DNA of 58,864 nucleotides from Girardia tigrina. Lineage: Eukaryota. The notes beneath the pieces were generated by a model. The model saw only the letters and a program-made list of their open reading frames with translations. It did no database searches and was not told where the DNA came from. Position numbers and translations under genes: made by a program. Of this stretch, positions 26,001 to 41,200 are shown one piece after another; the first letter of the stretch is position 1, and every line of letters begins with the position of its first letter. The stretch lies in assembly GCA_001938485.1 (NCBI GenBank), contig MQRK01235211.1, positions 12,154-71,017 on the forward strand. Direction: 5' to 3'.

Positions 26001-29000
26001 GACAGAAAAATGCATTTAACAATCAATATTAATACATACCAATCACTTTTCTATTTATCCGCTATAGAACCGCTATTAATTTCCCAAATATAGTGTTTTC
26101 ATGAAGGAAATGAGATCTTTCTTCACAAACCTGTCATCAACACACGTTTGTATGTCATAAGGATCATTAAAATACATACCACTCGTGCCATTTTTCATGT
26201 TCCTAAATAATTATAAGACTTGAAGATGAAAAGGCAGATGATCAAAGGATGTGAATTCGTAGTATTGAATAGCTGAAACATCAGCATTACATGAATCTAC
26301 AAGAGCATTGGCAGTAAGCAACCGCATTGATGATTTTCTTTCCTTTCTTCGGTTTGCCCTCATTCTTTTAAAATTGTTGCATAGATTAAACCGGTAATAG
26401 AAGATCATCAGTACATGTAATCAAGATAATAATCTTTAATTTCTTTTGTAAAGAATTTTGGCAAAAATAGATAACACAACTTCCGGTAACCCAAGTTAGA
26501 AGTGATGTTGTGACATGAGCCAACATAAAAATATAACTCTTCAGTCTACTCTAAAACTTTAATATAATTTAGATTTAGTTAGACAACGTTTCTGTGTACA
26601 TATGAAATTACTAAAATTATAAAATCCAGATGGTTATTGAGAAAAAGCAGGACAATTTGAGAGCTTAGTTTTATTTGTATAATTCTGTAAGTATAAGTAT
26701 TTCAATATAAGAAATATCTTAACAGATTTACGGAACCCATCAATTTTTTTAATAAATTGTTTTTGATACCCATTCTCATTTGATAATTATTAATTTTCAT
26801 TTAGTTATAAACAAATTAATTAATTAACGATTTTATATGATTTATGCCATCCTTGCAGGATTTTTTATGCTTTTAGGTGAGTTTATTAGTATAATTTTTT
26901 ATTACTATTATAATCTTTACTCCGATAAGTATTTTTTTCGATTTAAAATTTTCATAATAATACAAAAGTAAAATCTGTTAAATTAAACACATTATTTTTT
27001 AAAAATATAATTATACGGTCTCAAGTTTGAATATTCTCTCGATATTTATTAACTAGAAAAATTCTGCGAGTATCCATGCGTTTTGTTCATGTCTAGGAGA
27101 CTAAATTTTTGTCAGTATAGACCGAATATGGGAATTAAATTAACTGAAAACAGCCTCAATATGCTGTTAAAAGGATGAATACCGGTGAAGATACACAACT
27201 TTCCATTGTTTTCTTTAAAAATGATGGTTAAAAGTAACAGCGAAAATTATATATAACCGAAAAATATGTGTTTATGACTGTGCATCACAATGATTGTTTG
27301 CATACAAATGATAGTTATGATAATTATTTTTATTACCTCTATCGTTACATAATTTGTAATATAGGATTATAACCATTTGCAAATGTTATAACTAAATGAA
27401 AAAATATTTGATATTGCAAGAAGGATTTCTTTTAAAATTTAAAAGAAATATCCATTTGAGGTAATATTTCTTCGATTAAATTACAAAATAATACTTACTT
27501 AAATGAATTATATATTTATATACATTTTTGTATTTTTATTTATGAATTATAATCAGTGAACTAAATATAACTAAATACAAAAAGGTTATAACCAAATGAG
27601 AAACATGGTTATAATGAATTTGGAATTTTGATAAAATAAATCCACATTTTAATTCATATATCAATATAAAAGATTGCAGTGAAAATAAAATTCATACGTC
27701 AATTTACTTATAACCAACTTAATTATTTAAAATAATGCAACAACGTCAGATAAACAACGTCCGACTACGCAAAAAATTGTTTTCAAATATATATATATGT
27801 ATATTTAACTGATTTATAAAATGATCATAAATCAAGTTTACTGTTTTCAATTGTATCAAAAATGTAATAGATTTTTAAAACAATTAATACCGTACAACAG
27901 TTTATCATTAATGAAGATCATTGATCCAGATGTCATAATGTGATAAAATTTTACTAAAAAATATTCTCACAGTATTCAATTATTTTGTAATTATGATCGA
28001 CTTTAAACTTAGAAAAAACAGACTTCGAAAATTTCTTATTTACATAAATTATTGTAAAAATAACAATTAAGAAAATAATCCTTAAATTTATTTATTTAAT
28101 TTGAAAAGAAAATATTGTTAAAAATATAAATATTAGAAAAAAATAAATAAAAATCTTATATACACCATAAACATTTATACTTCCATTGTGTAAAACGTTT
28201 CCGAGTTCTAGCATATTAAAAATACCGTTTTTCTATCCTAATTGATGATAAATTAACAAATAAAAAATTAAATAAACGTTATTTAATTATCTCAGATTTA
28301 ATTCTTTTGTGAAAATCATTTTTAACTTTACGGTCAACTAAAGTATCTATCTCAATGGATAAGTGGATCGCCATTTCCATATTACATCAATTTTATTTAT
28401 TCTTCTCATTCAGAATTCCCTCTACTCATATCAGAACAATACCAATTCTACTAACACTTGCCAGATAGGAGATCTTTATAATCGAGATTATTATGCATTT
28501 ATTCCCAATAATTCAACCCTCACAGAAAACACAAGTGAGAATTCCATTTTCATTTGCGAATCCTCCCGAGATTTGGTTGGCGAGATATTTGGACCAATCA
28601 CTGCCAATAATATATCAATAACAGGCAATGTCAATTTTACAGACCCGACCATTCTGTCTAGGGGATTGTTGATCAAATACACAAGTATTGCTATTATTTG
28701 TCATTTTATACATTTCGGGATTATTAATTCTATTTCAGCAATATTTTGTCCCAAACTTGATATTAAAAATGCCAAAATAACATATGATTATAAAATAAAG
28801 AATAAACAGAAATTGGAAGTAATCGGTTTCGCAAAAATCGAATGTTTTCCCGGTTATTATTTATCGGCAACTCAGAATCATTCGACGGTGGAAGTGACAT
28901 GTGACCATGATCAAGGATCATGGGATCTGTCAACTATCCCTGACAGTTGTATTAATAATAGTGAGATCATTCTCGTCTTTGATCTCAAACAATTTTGACG

Positions 29001-32000
29001 TAATAATAATCAACAGGTGTGCCCATATCCTCGAAAACTTCAATCCCAACATTCACTCCTCCGACATCCATTGTGTCAACCTCATCCACCAATAGTTCAC
29101 TCATTCCACCACTACCCCCTGCCACAGTTATCAATTCAGACGGCTATTCTGTCATAAGTGAGTCTAATGTTCAATTGTGTCGATATCGATTGGTTGTAGT
29201 TGAAGGCCAGTTAAAATAATTGGCCATTGCGTGTTTGTTTGTTAGTGTGCGCGTGTGTCTGTTTGTTTTTTGTGTCTCCTTTGTAGATCTGCAGCCTAAA
29301 ATAACAAGTGTAGATGTTTCACTTGAACGTATATCAGTCTTTATATAACACAGATTTCAGTCAATACACATTAATCAATAGAGAGTGCACTTAGTCACAA
29401 CATTAAATGTAGAAACAAAAATCATTGTAGGTCTGATGGTGAGGGTTGTCAATGTGTCTTAAACAGGGCTTTAACAATAGAGATGTGAATTAAATTGATT
29501 TTTTCGGTTCAGTCAAATTGTTACCTTTTTGTTTCTATTGTGATTAAATGGGAACTGCGGCTCCTACGACACAGAGACAGTGGTGTTGGGTTTCAAGAGA
29601 TGTCTCGATGATGTTTTTTAATTGACAAAGTCAGGCATATTTTTACAGAGAATCATTTGTAAGGTTAATCAAAACGAGTTTTTTAGAGTGTTTATTGGGT
29701 TATAATCAGTCTCTTTCATGTGTTTATTATTAAGTAATAAATATTTGATCTTTTGTCATCCTGTAGTCGACCTGCCCCTCGTATGATAAGAAATAATAAA
29801 TCATTAATCAAAAGTTAAAATGAAATTTTATGGATTTTTTTTGGTTTGAAAATGAAAATTTTAAAAAACTTTTGACAATCTTTGTAGCCAAAGTTTAATC
29901 CGTCCGGAGTTAGTTTGTTTTAACGTAATCACAAACAGCAATCCACGTGGCTCTCACAGAATATTCAAACTATTCATCAATAAAATCGGTAATATGCATT
30001 AAAATAAATATTGATGTTTAAAAGGAGGTAATACAATGTGAAATATGTTAAATATTACTAAATGTTGTTTGCTAATTTCAGACGTCTTTCACTCCAATAT
30101 AAGTATAATTAGGACTGAACTTTGTCAACTAATAATCGACGATAAATTTCAAAGATTTTTTTTAATATTTGTTACCGTAAGTACTGATGAATAAGAGTAA
30201 GATCAAATTTAAAACTGCTGTTTTTGCCATTAATTAAATATCATTTTAAACTTGTGTAAGGAAAACTAACGTATAAATCATAATAATATCATTAGACCTA
30301 GTAGTATCTCTAATCATCTTTTCAATAACATTTTAGTGATACTATTTTAATACTATCACTATCCTAACAGTATCATTTTTAATAACCAATTTTAAAAATC
30401 ATTAAAATCCTTTTTTTAAGAAAAGTATGTTTTTGAGAATCATTAAAAAAATCTCAACATATATATATCAAGGGATCACCCCCTGCCAAGCAGCGCAAGA
30501 TTTTCATCCAGAGATAATTTTTTTACGATCCATTGATGTTTTATCAACGGGAGAAAAATAAAGAGAAAATTCTCTCTACTGGTGGTGCTTTGAAGAGGTA
30601 AAGTGGAGCTCGAAGGAAAATAAAGATTGATGCTCTGGAACAGATAATTGCGAATGAAGTTATTAGTTGCAGGATTTTTAACAAAATTAACAAGATCATT
30701 CATCGCTGATAGGGCTAGACAGTTAGCTAATGAATATAATGTTGAATTATCGGCATCAGGTCGTTAGATTGAGGGCTTTATAAGCAGAAATAGACCACTC
30801 CCGACTGGATGAATAACTGAGTATCGTAGAGACTACGTTACCAGCATTGGGTACAGGGTAATGAGCCATAGACTCTGTATCGTATAGAAACCATAAATAT
30901 ACAATACAGAGCCTACTGACTTTCTCGAACGGCTTTAGATACAAGAATGCCAGCTTTCAGTGCACGGCACGCTTCAATTTCCAACTCAGAAAGGTCTGGT
31001 CATGATCCTTCGTACTGTAAAAACATTTCATATAATGAGTAAAGGGACGCCGAAATATCCCCACATCAGTTGTTTTACTTAACCGAAAATCGAGATTCAC
31101 GCATGAGTCAGTCTCTGCGGTAGCATCGACTGATACATCATGCATCGTGATTGGGTTCGAAGATTCTGTACATCCTTCATGTACAGTCAGGTGCAAAAGT
31201 TTGTGAACGCTTGTTTCTATATTGCCTTTTACACTGCTGGAGTTACACAGAACGACCTTCTTTCAGCATGATCGATCACCTTGCCACAATGTCAAGGTTG
31301 TTCGAGAGTGGTTAGCGCAGTCAGGCTTCAAAATTCTTGGTCCTTGGCCAGGCAACTCACCGGATCGCAATCCGATTTAGAATGCATGAACCCAGCTGAA
31401 GAAACAGATTGCTGCTATGCACCCAAATTCTCTGGAGGACATGATCAAAGCAGTGGAAACTGTTTGGACTCAAAAATTGTCACCAGACTATTGTAAAAAA
31501 TTATTTTGGTGTGCTTTTGTCAATATAATTGAAGTTGGTTGCAAAAGACAATTTAACAACAAGCGTTCACAAACTTTTGCACCTGACTGTACGTTATTTT
31601 GTGAAACTCTAGTACCGCTGTTCTGCCTTGGGTTCAGTGATCGCTCAATAAATGTCGCTTTAACCATCCATCCGTTATATAGGTCTTGTGATAATTTTTC
31701 CATGGGCCATTGGAAAGATTTATCATCATTCTGACGCTGCGGCGTCATGACCATATGCACGTTTTTGATGTGTTCTTTTTGTTCCTTCTGTACTGCAAGA
31801 GCCTTGAAACAAGAAGGATACGTGAATTGTACTCTTTGGATACGCCGCTGGCGAATATTCGGATACTTTATTCTCTGTTCAATCAAATCAGTCAGTTTTT
31901 CAGACACAGTTCCTTTGATCAGGTGTTTGAATTCTTCGTCAGTGTCGAGAATTCCTCTCTCATTCAAGCATTCCTCGTATTCGACCAGATCTTCTTTGTC

Positions 32001-35000
32001 GCCAAATAACCGGAGCATATTACGGACGATACGCTCTTTCATCAACTGTTTTTTATGGCCGCTGACTTTTCTATTTCCTGAACCAATTTCAGAGTTTAAT
32101 ACTCTTTTAATCTCATGTGAACCTTTCCGTCTATTGTACTCAAAGAATTCAATACGCCGTTTCACCAGTACCAAATGCGCCTCGGGCAAACCATTTGACA
32201 AATTCTTATTACGTATTCTGTCAAGTTTAGTTTTACCAAGTGCAGTGCTTGTGTGCAGGTATTATGAAAAGCTTGTAGCCGGGTTACTTCGTTTTCAAGT
32301 GTTGCCCACCACTCGCTCCCACTGCCGGAAAAATGCTTGATTCGATTAGACTTATTTTCAGCGCTATAGGAACTTGGTTACTTTGAATCGCAGGCTGCAG
32401 TTCTCGTAACTTCTTCATTCCACAACGTAACCACTGACCGATATTCTTACTGTAGCTACCACATGTAGTCAAGAGCAGAAATTCCTTTTCATAACATCGG
32501 ACAACCAATCTTACCACATTAAGTGAAATGTAATTGAATGAAAGAGCGGTTGATTATATGAGATATCTTGGATCACAACTTCCTGATTTAAATATCTCGA
32601 AAACAGTTTTAATGGATGAAACTGTTGTCTATTTCGAAGATAAGCATCACTATCGCGGTAAAAACTTTTCATTTCATGGTTAATCAGCTTGAGTTGCAAA
32701 TTTAACGGATTTAAAAGGAAATGGATCTTAAAATTATAATAAGCGTATTATAAAAATTTAATTATTTTATAATATATAAAAAACGTTTATTTATATTTAT
32801 TATCACTACTGTTTTGAGTGCGGTCCACTTTCTCACTTTTTAAAGTTTTAGAAAATTTGGACTGCATACAAAGAAGTTAAATAACCCTTGATCTAGCTTT
32901 CCGCCAATCAGCCTACAATACCTACACACAATTCAGGGTTGATCATGAAGAAAAGATGTTGTACGTTTTCTGGGATTCTATTAGTGGTATATTTTGTATT
33001 GTTAGAACATGATCGAACCATCATTCTGAACTTGATTGTCTACAATTGGATAGACTACAATTTGAACTTTCCAAAAAGGTCACGTTTCGCCAATTGAAAA
33101 AAAGTCGTTAAACGGTATTATAAGATCACATCCCATTCAGTAAAAAGTACCCAAGAATAATTTTATATCATTTTGCATCTAGATCACATATTACACCGTA
33201 TTAAGTTGTGTTTGGCAATTAGCAGTAAAAATTGGATAACCAAACAATAGTCAATCTGTGAGATGAAATATTTCCCTTTCAATACGATCCACTCAATTTT
33301 ATCCCTTATATTCAATCTAAAACAATGGAAAATTACATCGAGGTATATATATTTTTCGTCATCCTTTCGACATTCATTTTCTCAGAAAAGACATGACAGA
33401 GCAACAGCTCCGTGAGAGAGTTCGCAACTTTTGGCAGCTGAACCTTTTAAAAGGAAAAGCCTTCACTGTAAAGCACTTTGTGAATGAAGGTTGTGCACAG
33501 TCTAGATATATACGCTTCTCTCAAACCTCTCCAAGAGTTCAAATGTGCACAGGAAGCCAGGAAGTGGAGGCCACAATAAAAAGTTAACAAATCAACAGCG
33601 CGAAAGTATTCGAAGATGGATTCAAACAAAGCGAGGTGTATTTCTCAGACGTAAAGCCAGCAAGTATGGTGTCTGTGTCACAACGATGAGGAATATTATC
33701 AAGGAAGGCGGTCTAAAATGCCGAAAGAGAAAGAAGGCTCCTCAGTACACAGAGGAGCAAGTAAAGCGAATGAAGCTAAGAGCAGGGAAATTACTCCGAA
33801 GTTTGAGTGATAAAAAAATCATTATGGACGATGAGAGCTACTTCAAGTTGAAATGTGATTATCTACCAGTAAATGATCACTACCTTACTTCGAGTCCTCA
33901 ATCTGCTCCTGAACATGTCAAATATAGAACAGAAAGAAATTTCCCTGTTCAGCTGATGGTTTAGCTTTGTGTCTCCGCAGACCACATCAGTGATCCTATA
34001 TTTTTGCAGCGGCCAAACAGTGTACATGCCGATTTCTATCAAGAGCAGTGCATCAGACAAGGTCTGATGAAGTGTATCAAGAAATATCATCGAGATGACG
34101 AAATTCTCTTCTGACCGGACCTGGCTTCTGAACATTATGCCAAAAGCACTCTCAAACTTCTCCATCATCTCAAATCCCCTTTGTTGACAAGAAGTGTAAT
34201 CCTCCCAACGTCACACACATTGAGAACTTTTGGGGCGCTCTAAAGGCGAAAGTGTATGAGAGAGGCTGGGAGGCTCAAACAATCCCTCACCTATAGCAAG
34301 GGATTAAGAAAATGTTGAAAACAATGGATCAGTCCACGTTGCGGAAGGACTTCAAAGGGATTAAGAAACGGCTTCGTGCTGTGTATAGAGACGGACCACT
34401 TTCAATTATTCTGTAAACATTTTTTGTTCCTTACATCTTGCCCTTCAATAAAATATAAACAGCTTCTGGAAATTTTATTTCGTCTTTTCACAATGGTGGT
34501 TTAAAATTTATCCAGATTTTGCCTGCGCACCCGTTAGTAAAAACAATGTTTATCAAAAATAATTATTTCAAAGTAATATCCATTACTTAGTATTTAACTT
34601 AAATGTATCTCAAAATGATGCTAGTGTTATACACTAAAATATGTATACTATGATGCTACATTAATTCAAGAAGTTATGTTTAACTGAATATTTTTCATTT
34701 TGTGTAGTTAAATAAAATGTCATAAGTAAAATGTGATGTATAAGTTATGTTGACGATATTGTGGAAGTTATCAATTTCATTGAATCAATGAACCGTTTTT
34801 AGTTGTTCTTATAAATTGCATCTTTCATCAATAAATTTTAGTTCTAATTTGATGCTTACATTATTTTTTTACCATTTCTTATTTTGTTGTCTTTAAAACA
34901 AAAACAATGATTGTGCTTTTGACAGTTTCTATGTATTTACAACTGCTTCATAATAGAATTTTCACAAAAATATTTCAATCTGTCAAATCCGATATCTTCA

Positions 35001-35234
35001 AAAATGCCCTTAATGACACCTATCAAATCAGGGGTGGACCAAGTGGTATACAGTGACCCCTTGAGGTCTCTAACTATGATTTTGGGTTTTTTTGTTGATA
35101 TTAATTTTTTATTTCCTATTGATAAAACAGTTTTTATTTTACTTATTTATAACTTTAAATGCTTATATTTATTATTTTTATATTATTAATGATTTATGTG
35201 TTAGTTTGGTTTCATTATTTTATTTAAAATCTTG

Positions 35235-35283
<49 letters not shown>

Positions 35284-38200
35284 TAAGCATTTTTTTAATC
35301 AGTGCTGGATATCTTTTGATCATCTTCATTAACTTTATTGATGTTGTAATTTGTTTTTTAATAATCTATTTAATTTTTATCACATAGAAGGAAACTATTT
35401 AAGAAAAATAATATTAAAGTTCAATTTTATGGATTAATATTTTATTTAATTTTATTTAAAGATAACCTTGTGTACAAATTTAAATGTCGTATGTAAAAAC
35501 TCGTACATTGGAGAGGCAAATTGTGATCTGAAAACACGGATTAGTGTACACTCATAGTCTATTAAATATGCAAAGATAAAACTTCATAAATTTCAAAAAA
35601 TGAATTTTCGATTATTCAGAAGAATTTTGATTCAGTTTATGAAGTTGTATTGTGAATCATTGCAAATAAGACACTATAACCCATCAAAAATGGTGAAATT
35701 AAAGGAGCCTCAATATTAAATATCTTTAAATAAAACAAGTTAACAAAAAGTCTAGTGACAATTTAAGCGCAATTTCCTCATGTTATTTATGAAAACTGAT
35801 TTAAATGAAAGTTAAACTTATTTTGATTTCCTTTAATGGTATAAATAGGTATTAATTATTGGTTTCTGTGGTATTACTTAATGAAAAATCTCATATGACA
35901 ATTATTTTGCCAGCATAGTCTTGTTAATCATTATCAAAAATGCGAGAATGTAATTAATTTTTCTATGGAAATAATGATTATATTTTGAAATTATTTGTAT
36001 TAATAAATCGATATTATTAATCTGATATATTGTACCAGACATATATAATTTTTATTCTACTAACTAATACAACAGAGATTGAAGGTTGAGTCGGACATTT
36101 CAGTGAATTCTTTCTTCTTATTTTGTTTCCCACTTGGTACCTCATTGATTACATTGCAAACATGATACAACTTTCGAGTTAAATAATCACCAATTTTTTA
36201 TTTTTTAAAAATAATTATCTTGATAGTTTGTGTAGATGAGTGCTAAATAAGATTTTATCAAATTTTGATTATCTTTATTTTAATGTCTTTATCAGTTTGA
36301 GTAGAAGAATATCTTTTCGCTGTTATCAAGACTATCTAAACAGTCACAACTAATTCGAAAACGATTACTTACAAATAAGTCACTTAAAAACGAAATACTT
36401 GACATAAAAAACTGTGATATGAACGAATAAAGAATTTAATTTGTTAATATATTTTAAATAATGTTTTTTACTATTTTTAAATGTATAACACTTGTGTTTC
36501 AGTTGGATTTTATTTCATGAGGGGAATATGAATTCCATAAATTAAATAAATAGTCTTGATAGTTTTGCTTGAAAAGAATCATAAAGTTTTATTTATTATT
36601 TTCTTTGAGCTGGATGTATTAAAAATTAGGCCGGAGATTTACATAACTGTTTTGGAAAAATTAATAAAATCTTATGAAGTAAATTGTGTGATTTGAAATG
36701 AAATGAAATTCTATATGTTTGTTTTTTGTTAGCTTTGCTCATTTTAAACGACCTTCGAATAACTTCGAATAGGTAAATTAGTTTCCTGGGGAGATGTTTT
36801 ATACCAAATTTTAGTTTTCTTGGATTTCCCGTTCTCAAAATATTCACAAAAAAACGGAAATATCTGAAAATATTGTGATTCAGAGTCTTCTAGCGTCCAC
36901 AATTATGACAAAAAATTAATATAATCGAGAAAGTTTCAAAAATAATAAGAAAAGACTTACAATTAATATTTATTTTATACAAATCTTTTTAAAATAAATA
37001 TTTAAAAAATTTAATACATTGCCCCTTTAACATTCGTTCATTATAATCTAAAAATGTTTATTAACTTTTTCACTGTTCTATTCATTTTGAGATTTCGGAC
37101 TCGCTATGCGTGTTGAACAGTTCGACGAATTTCGATACTGCGAGTATGTTCGTGTAGCGCAGTATAAAATTATTTTTTAATCTTAAAACAAGATGCAAAA
37201 AATACTCTCTTGAAGCGCATGTGAAATATATTTTTTACGTTTAGTGTTGCGAATTTCTTAAATTTCAGAGTGTCACGAGGAATGAAAAAAAGGACCCCTA
37301 GAGAAAACTAAAAAAATGTTAATATCGTTTAAATTGCAACTGAAATCTTAACATAGAAATAATAAGTAAGAAGATAATGAATGATAAACATTTTAATGAG
37401 AACTGAAGAACGCAGAAACAAAAATTTAATTTCCTTTTAAAATTATTTATATATTACAAAGATGCATATGGATAATAATATTCGAGCTTGTACCGTGTTT
37501 CTCCTGTTACAAGTCAACTCCAGGATAGAATCCCGGCGGTCGAATTTAGAAAATATCACAATACAATCCCTCTACCAAATTAAGCCAGTTTTTAAAATTA
37601 TCAATCTTCTGAAATAATTGCCATGGACGAAACAGTTCTCTACTTAGGAATTCCTCAATCATCTAACGTTGATCTTTAAGGAAGTTCTACTATTTCAATC
37701 GCTATATATATGAACGCTATATATCGCTATATGAACGCACTCTTGTCTCTTACATTCTAGCTATCAGAGGAGAATGGATAAAATGCATTCCATTAGTAAT
37801 AATGAAAGGCAAGAAACAATTTATCGAACAACAAAACGGAGTTCTTATTGAAACTTAAAGAACGTTGTCTATATAATCTGTTTTGATGATGTATATTTCT
37901 CGATTGATGCCTATTTTTATCAGAGCTAATCGTCGTACTTTATTGGTTTTAGATGCTATAAGTACCCATCGTACACAATCAAAAAAGACGTTCTTGTTGA
38001 TACAATGAATCGATCAAGTAATAAGTCATTCAATATAGGACAATGAATGAAATATAGGAAATTGAATGATACAAGAGGAAACCTTGTGAAACTCCCAAAG
38101 GAAACCTGATGTATCTGTATATCAGTAGCTTGGGTCGTATTAACGATGAAACTGTGAACCATACTTTATAAGCTGGATTCCTCTTCAGCGAAAAGAGGGT

Positions 38201-41200
38201 TGAAGAAACTTCAATTTATAAACATGAAAATTAAGGAAACAACTGCAATTGAAGAGAATGTTCCATTGTTAGATAATCTCGATCACATCATTGATGAGAT
38301 GGATTATTTTAGTATTATTGAATAATAAAATTTGGGGTATTTTAATAATTAATTCTGTTTAAACATTTTGAAAATAGAGGTACCCCGAATGTAAGCCTTT
38401 TCTGAGCTTGTATTTGTGGAAACATGGTACAAAATTTATTTCAATTTCTTTATATGAAAATGAAAATTTTAATGGTCAAAAATGGAAAAATAGAAAATAA
38501 TAACTACTTCGAACTATTAAAAAATTAATTTTGATGGAATAAGAGTGTAGATCTTCTGTTTCTATAAAGAATTTTACTACTAAATTAGCTTGCAGTACCG
38601 AATATAAAAGAACGATTTCGTGAACTGTCTTTCTAATTAAATTAATAAATCAATTTGCAGTTCAAATATCCAGTGAAATCTGTGTTCAAATAAAGTTTTG
38701 CAATTTTTTTCTAATTTTAAAGGGGCTTTAAATTTAATTTTTAAATTTAAATTTATTTTTAATTTTAATATAGATAAAATATAAGCAACTTTCTATCAAA
38801 AAAGTAATCAAACCGAAACTTCTCAAAAATTCCCTTATTTTTGAAGTCTCATAAAATGAAACTTATACTCCTAAATTTTCTTTCAAGATTAAGTAAAAGG
38901 AAAAATTTAAGAACAAATATTAAATGAAAATTTTAAATGTACAAATAAAAGGAAACCTGTAGCGCCGGTGTTGAAGTTTTTTTAGTCTTCTTATTCACCT
39001 GATGTTCGACTTCATCACATTTTAAGATGTTTTAATCTTAACAATTTGTCATGTCTCCTACTCAAGTGGCTTTACTTGAATATACATCTATATATTTTTG
39101 GAAACCGCAAACGTCATTTTCGAGTACAAGCACATGTCATTTTATACTTTATTCATTCCTAATTAAATATTTTTTTGTTAAATTCGAACTGTATACATTC
39201 TTATATATTTACAGTCAATTATTTATGATTTAACCCCCACACCTTGTGTATTAAGAGATAAAATGTTTTAAAACATAATTTTTCATTTGTTCTGCAAAGG
39301 TAATTTTAGAATAAGTTTTTAATAAAGTAAAAAACTATTATATTTACACTGATGTTCATACATTTTGTGATTAATGTTCCTTCCATCGAAACAGATGTTG
39401 CCTTCCTCAACTGAAAACAGACCCACAAAGTCTTCACATAATCACACATGACTCATGGGTTATTACATAACTTGTTTTCCGAAATATCAATAATTAAAAT
39501 TGATTTTAATTGATCCAAGTATTTCTAATTGATCTGCTGTTACAAATATCCGATCTGATGTATGTATTCGCCGAGGCAAATATCTGCATATCGGCTGATT
39601 AAATTTTCATCGCTATCAAATATTCAATCTGATTATTTTATGATTATTTTTATTATAATAAACACGCTTATTATTTAGATATAGTCATAATTGTTGTCGT
39701 GTGTATTGTTGCTATTGTTGCCGTCGTCCTCATATATGTATGTTGCAGAAAAAACAAAATGTAAGAAATTAATTTGTAATTTTTGTTTTTTTTATGATGG
39801 AATATACATAAATTGATGTTTTATACCATGTCTTTTCTCTAAAATGAAAATTTTCTAAAATATTTTAAATAGATTTTAATGCATTTAATCCATATATAGT
39901 ATCAAAACATTTTTTGGTGATTTTTGATGAGAGATTCCGAGTTTACAAATTTGTCAACTTATTCTTTAAGAAAAAAGTACTCTTTAAGAATTAAAGTATT
40001 ATAAACTCGCTATAGAAACATAACTTGATATAATGAAAATTGTTGATTTTTTATATTTCATTATTGGGTTGATGTATTATTGTATTATTGTATCTTTCTT
40101 GACCACAAAAGATAAAAAATATTTAACAAATAGATGATTTAATGAATATTCCAGAACGTAGTCACCATCCACTTAAAGAATGGTTTCTAATTTTACTGGC
40201 AAACGTTCGATTCCATTGGGAAAGAAGTGACGGTTCTTAGAGGCAATCTACGCTTTTAAATCGGTAAATAAGTCATCCAAATCATCATAAATTTTATTCG
40301 TTTGTCGCTCAACGAGCGATTAACGTGATAGTCCATTGGAGCTTCGATCAATGAATATGGTAGATTTCGGAGCAGCTCCCATCTTCTATGTTCAACATGA
40401 GGACGGACATTATTGTGGTGGAAGACAATATAGTTTTTTTCGAGGTCGTTTTTCATCGATTGCAGATTAAAGTCTGTCAAGCTGAGCCAGATAGACGTCT
40501 TTGTTAATGCTGAACTGCCGCTTTCCATTTTAGTCCGAAATTAACCACTGTTGACTCTCATCATCGTCATTCCACCAATAACAAATACCATTAGAGATTA
40601 TTGTCCAGTAAATGAGGTTGATTCTGTTACACACAATAGCATAGCATTGTTACCACATAGCATTCTTACACTGCACACTTTAACTTTCTTTCCTTTCATG
40701 TTTTTGAACAGTAACAGGCATAATGGGGGCCAGGGGGCTGAGTCCCCCTCAGAGACTTCCAAAAAATATTTTTTAGTGTATGTGTATATTACTAAAATGT
40801 TATCTTTTCTCATAAAATTCGTATTCTTATAGCATTTCATTTTGGATGTAATTATTAATTTTGATATTGTTTAATAATAAAATAAGTAATTGAAAGCGGT
40901 GTTTTAATTTAGTATTAATTAAAATTCTTTGATTTTGCGGATTTTCAAGTGAAGAAGCGTACACCTGAGGATGCATTTTTTTCGAAAAAGTCAAAGCAAT
41001 TAATTGAGAAAGAACCAGTTGAACTCATTGAAACAATTGCTAGTACTTCAAGCTCAAGTTTTATAATTCCTAACAAAGTAGCGTGCATAAAGGGGCTGGC
41101 TTCCCTCCAGAACGAAATCGTATGCATGCTCCTGGTTTGAAGAGTAGCCATGATTCATCATCATAGAATTTGCGCATTTCGCCGTAACAAATCGGCTTTC

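Larger units (their letters stand above)
30430..32645 (+). mobile_element. pogo-like transposase remnant split by an RTE insertion
   Basis: CENP-B-type HTH LTRSFIADRARQLANEYNVELSAS ends at ~30757. The reading resumes at ~32470 with RTTNLTTL...VLMDETVVYF. Confidence 0.6.

Noticed and set aside
20440-26520. Faint RT, RNase H, Penelope and APE-like words in introns (e.g. AVFDSVD at ~20783, SFDHLPF at ~26240)
   Set aside because: Probably old TE debris, but too degenerate to classify without profile searches.
31710-32340. Plus-strand ORFs of 99 and 197 aa (similarly 41724-43724 and 56536-57111)
   Set aside because: Antisense shadows of minus-strand retroelement coding sequence.
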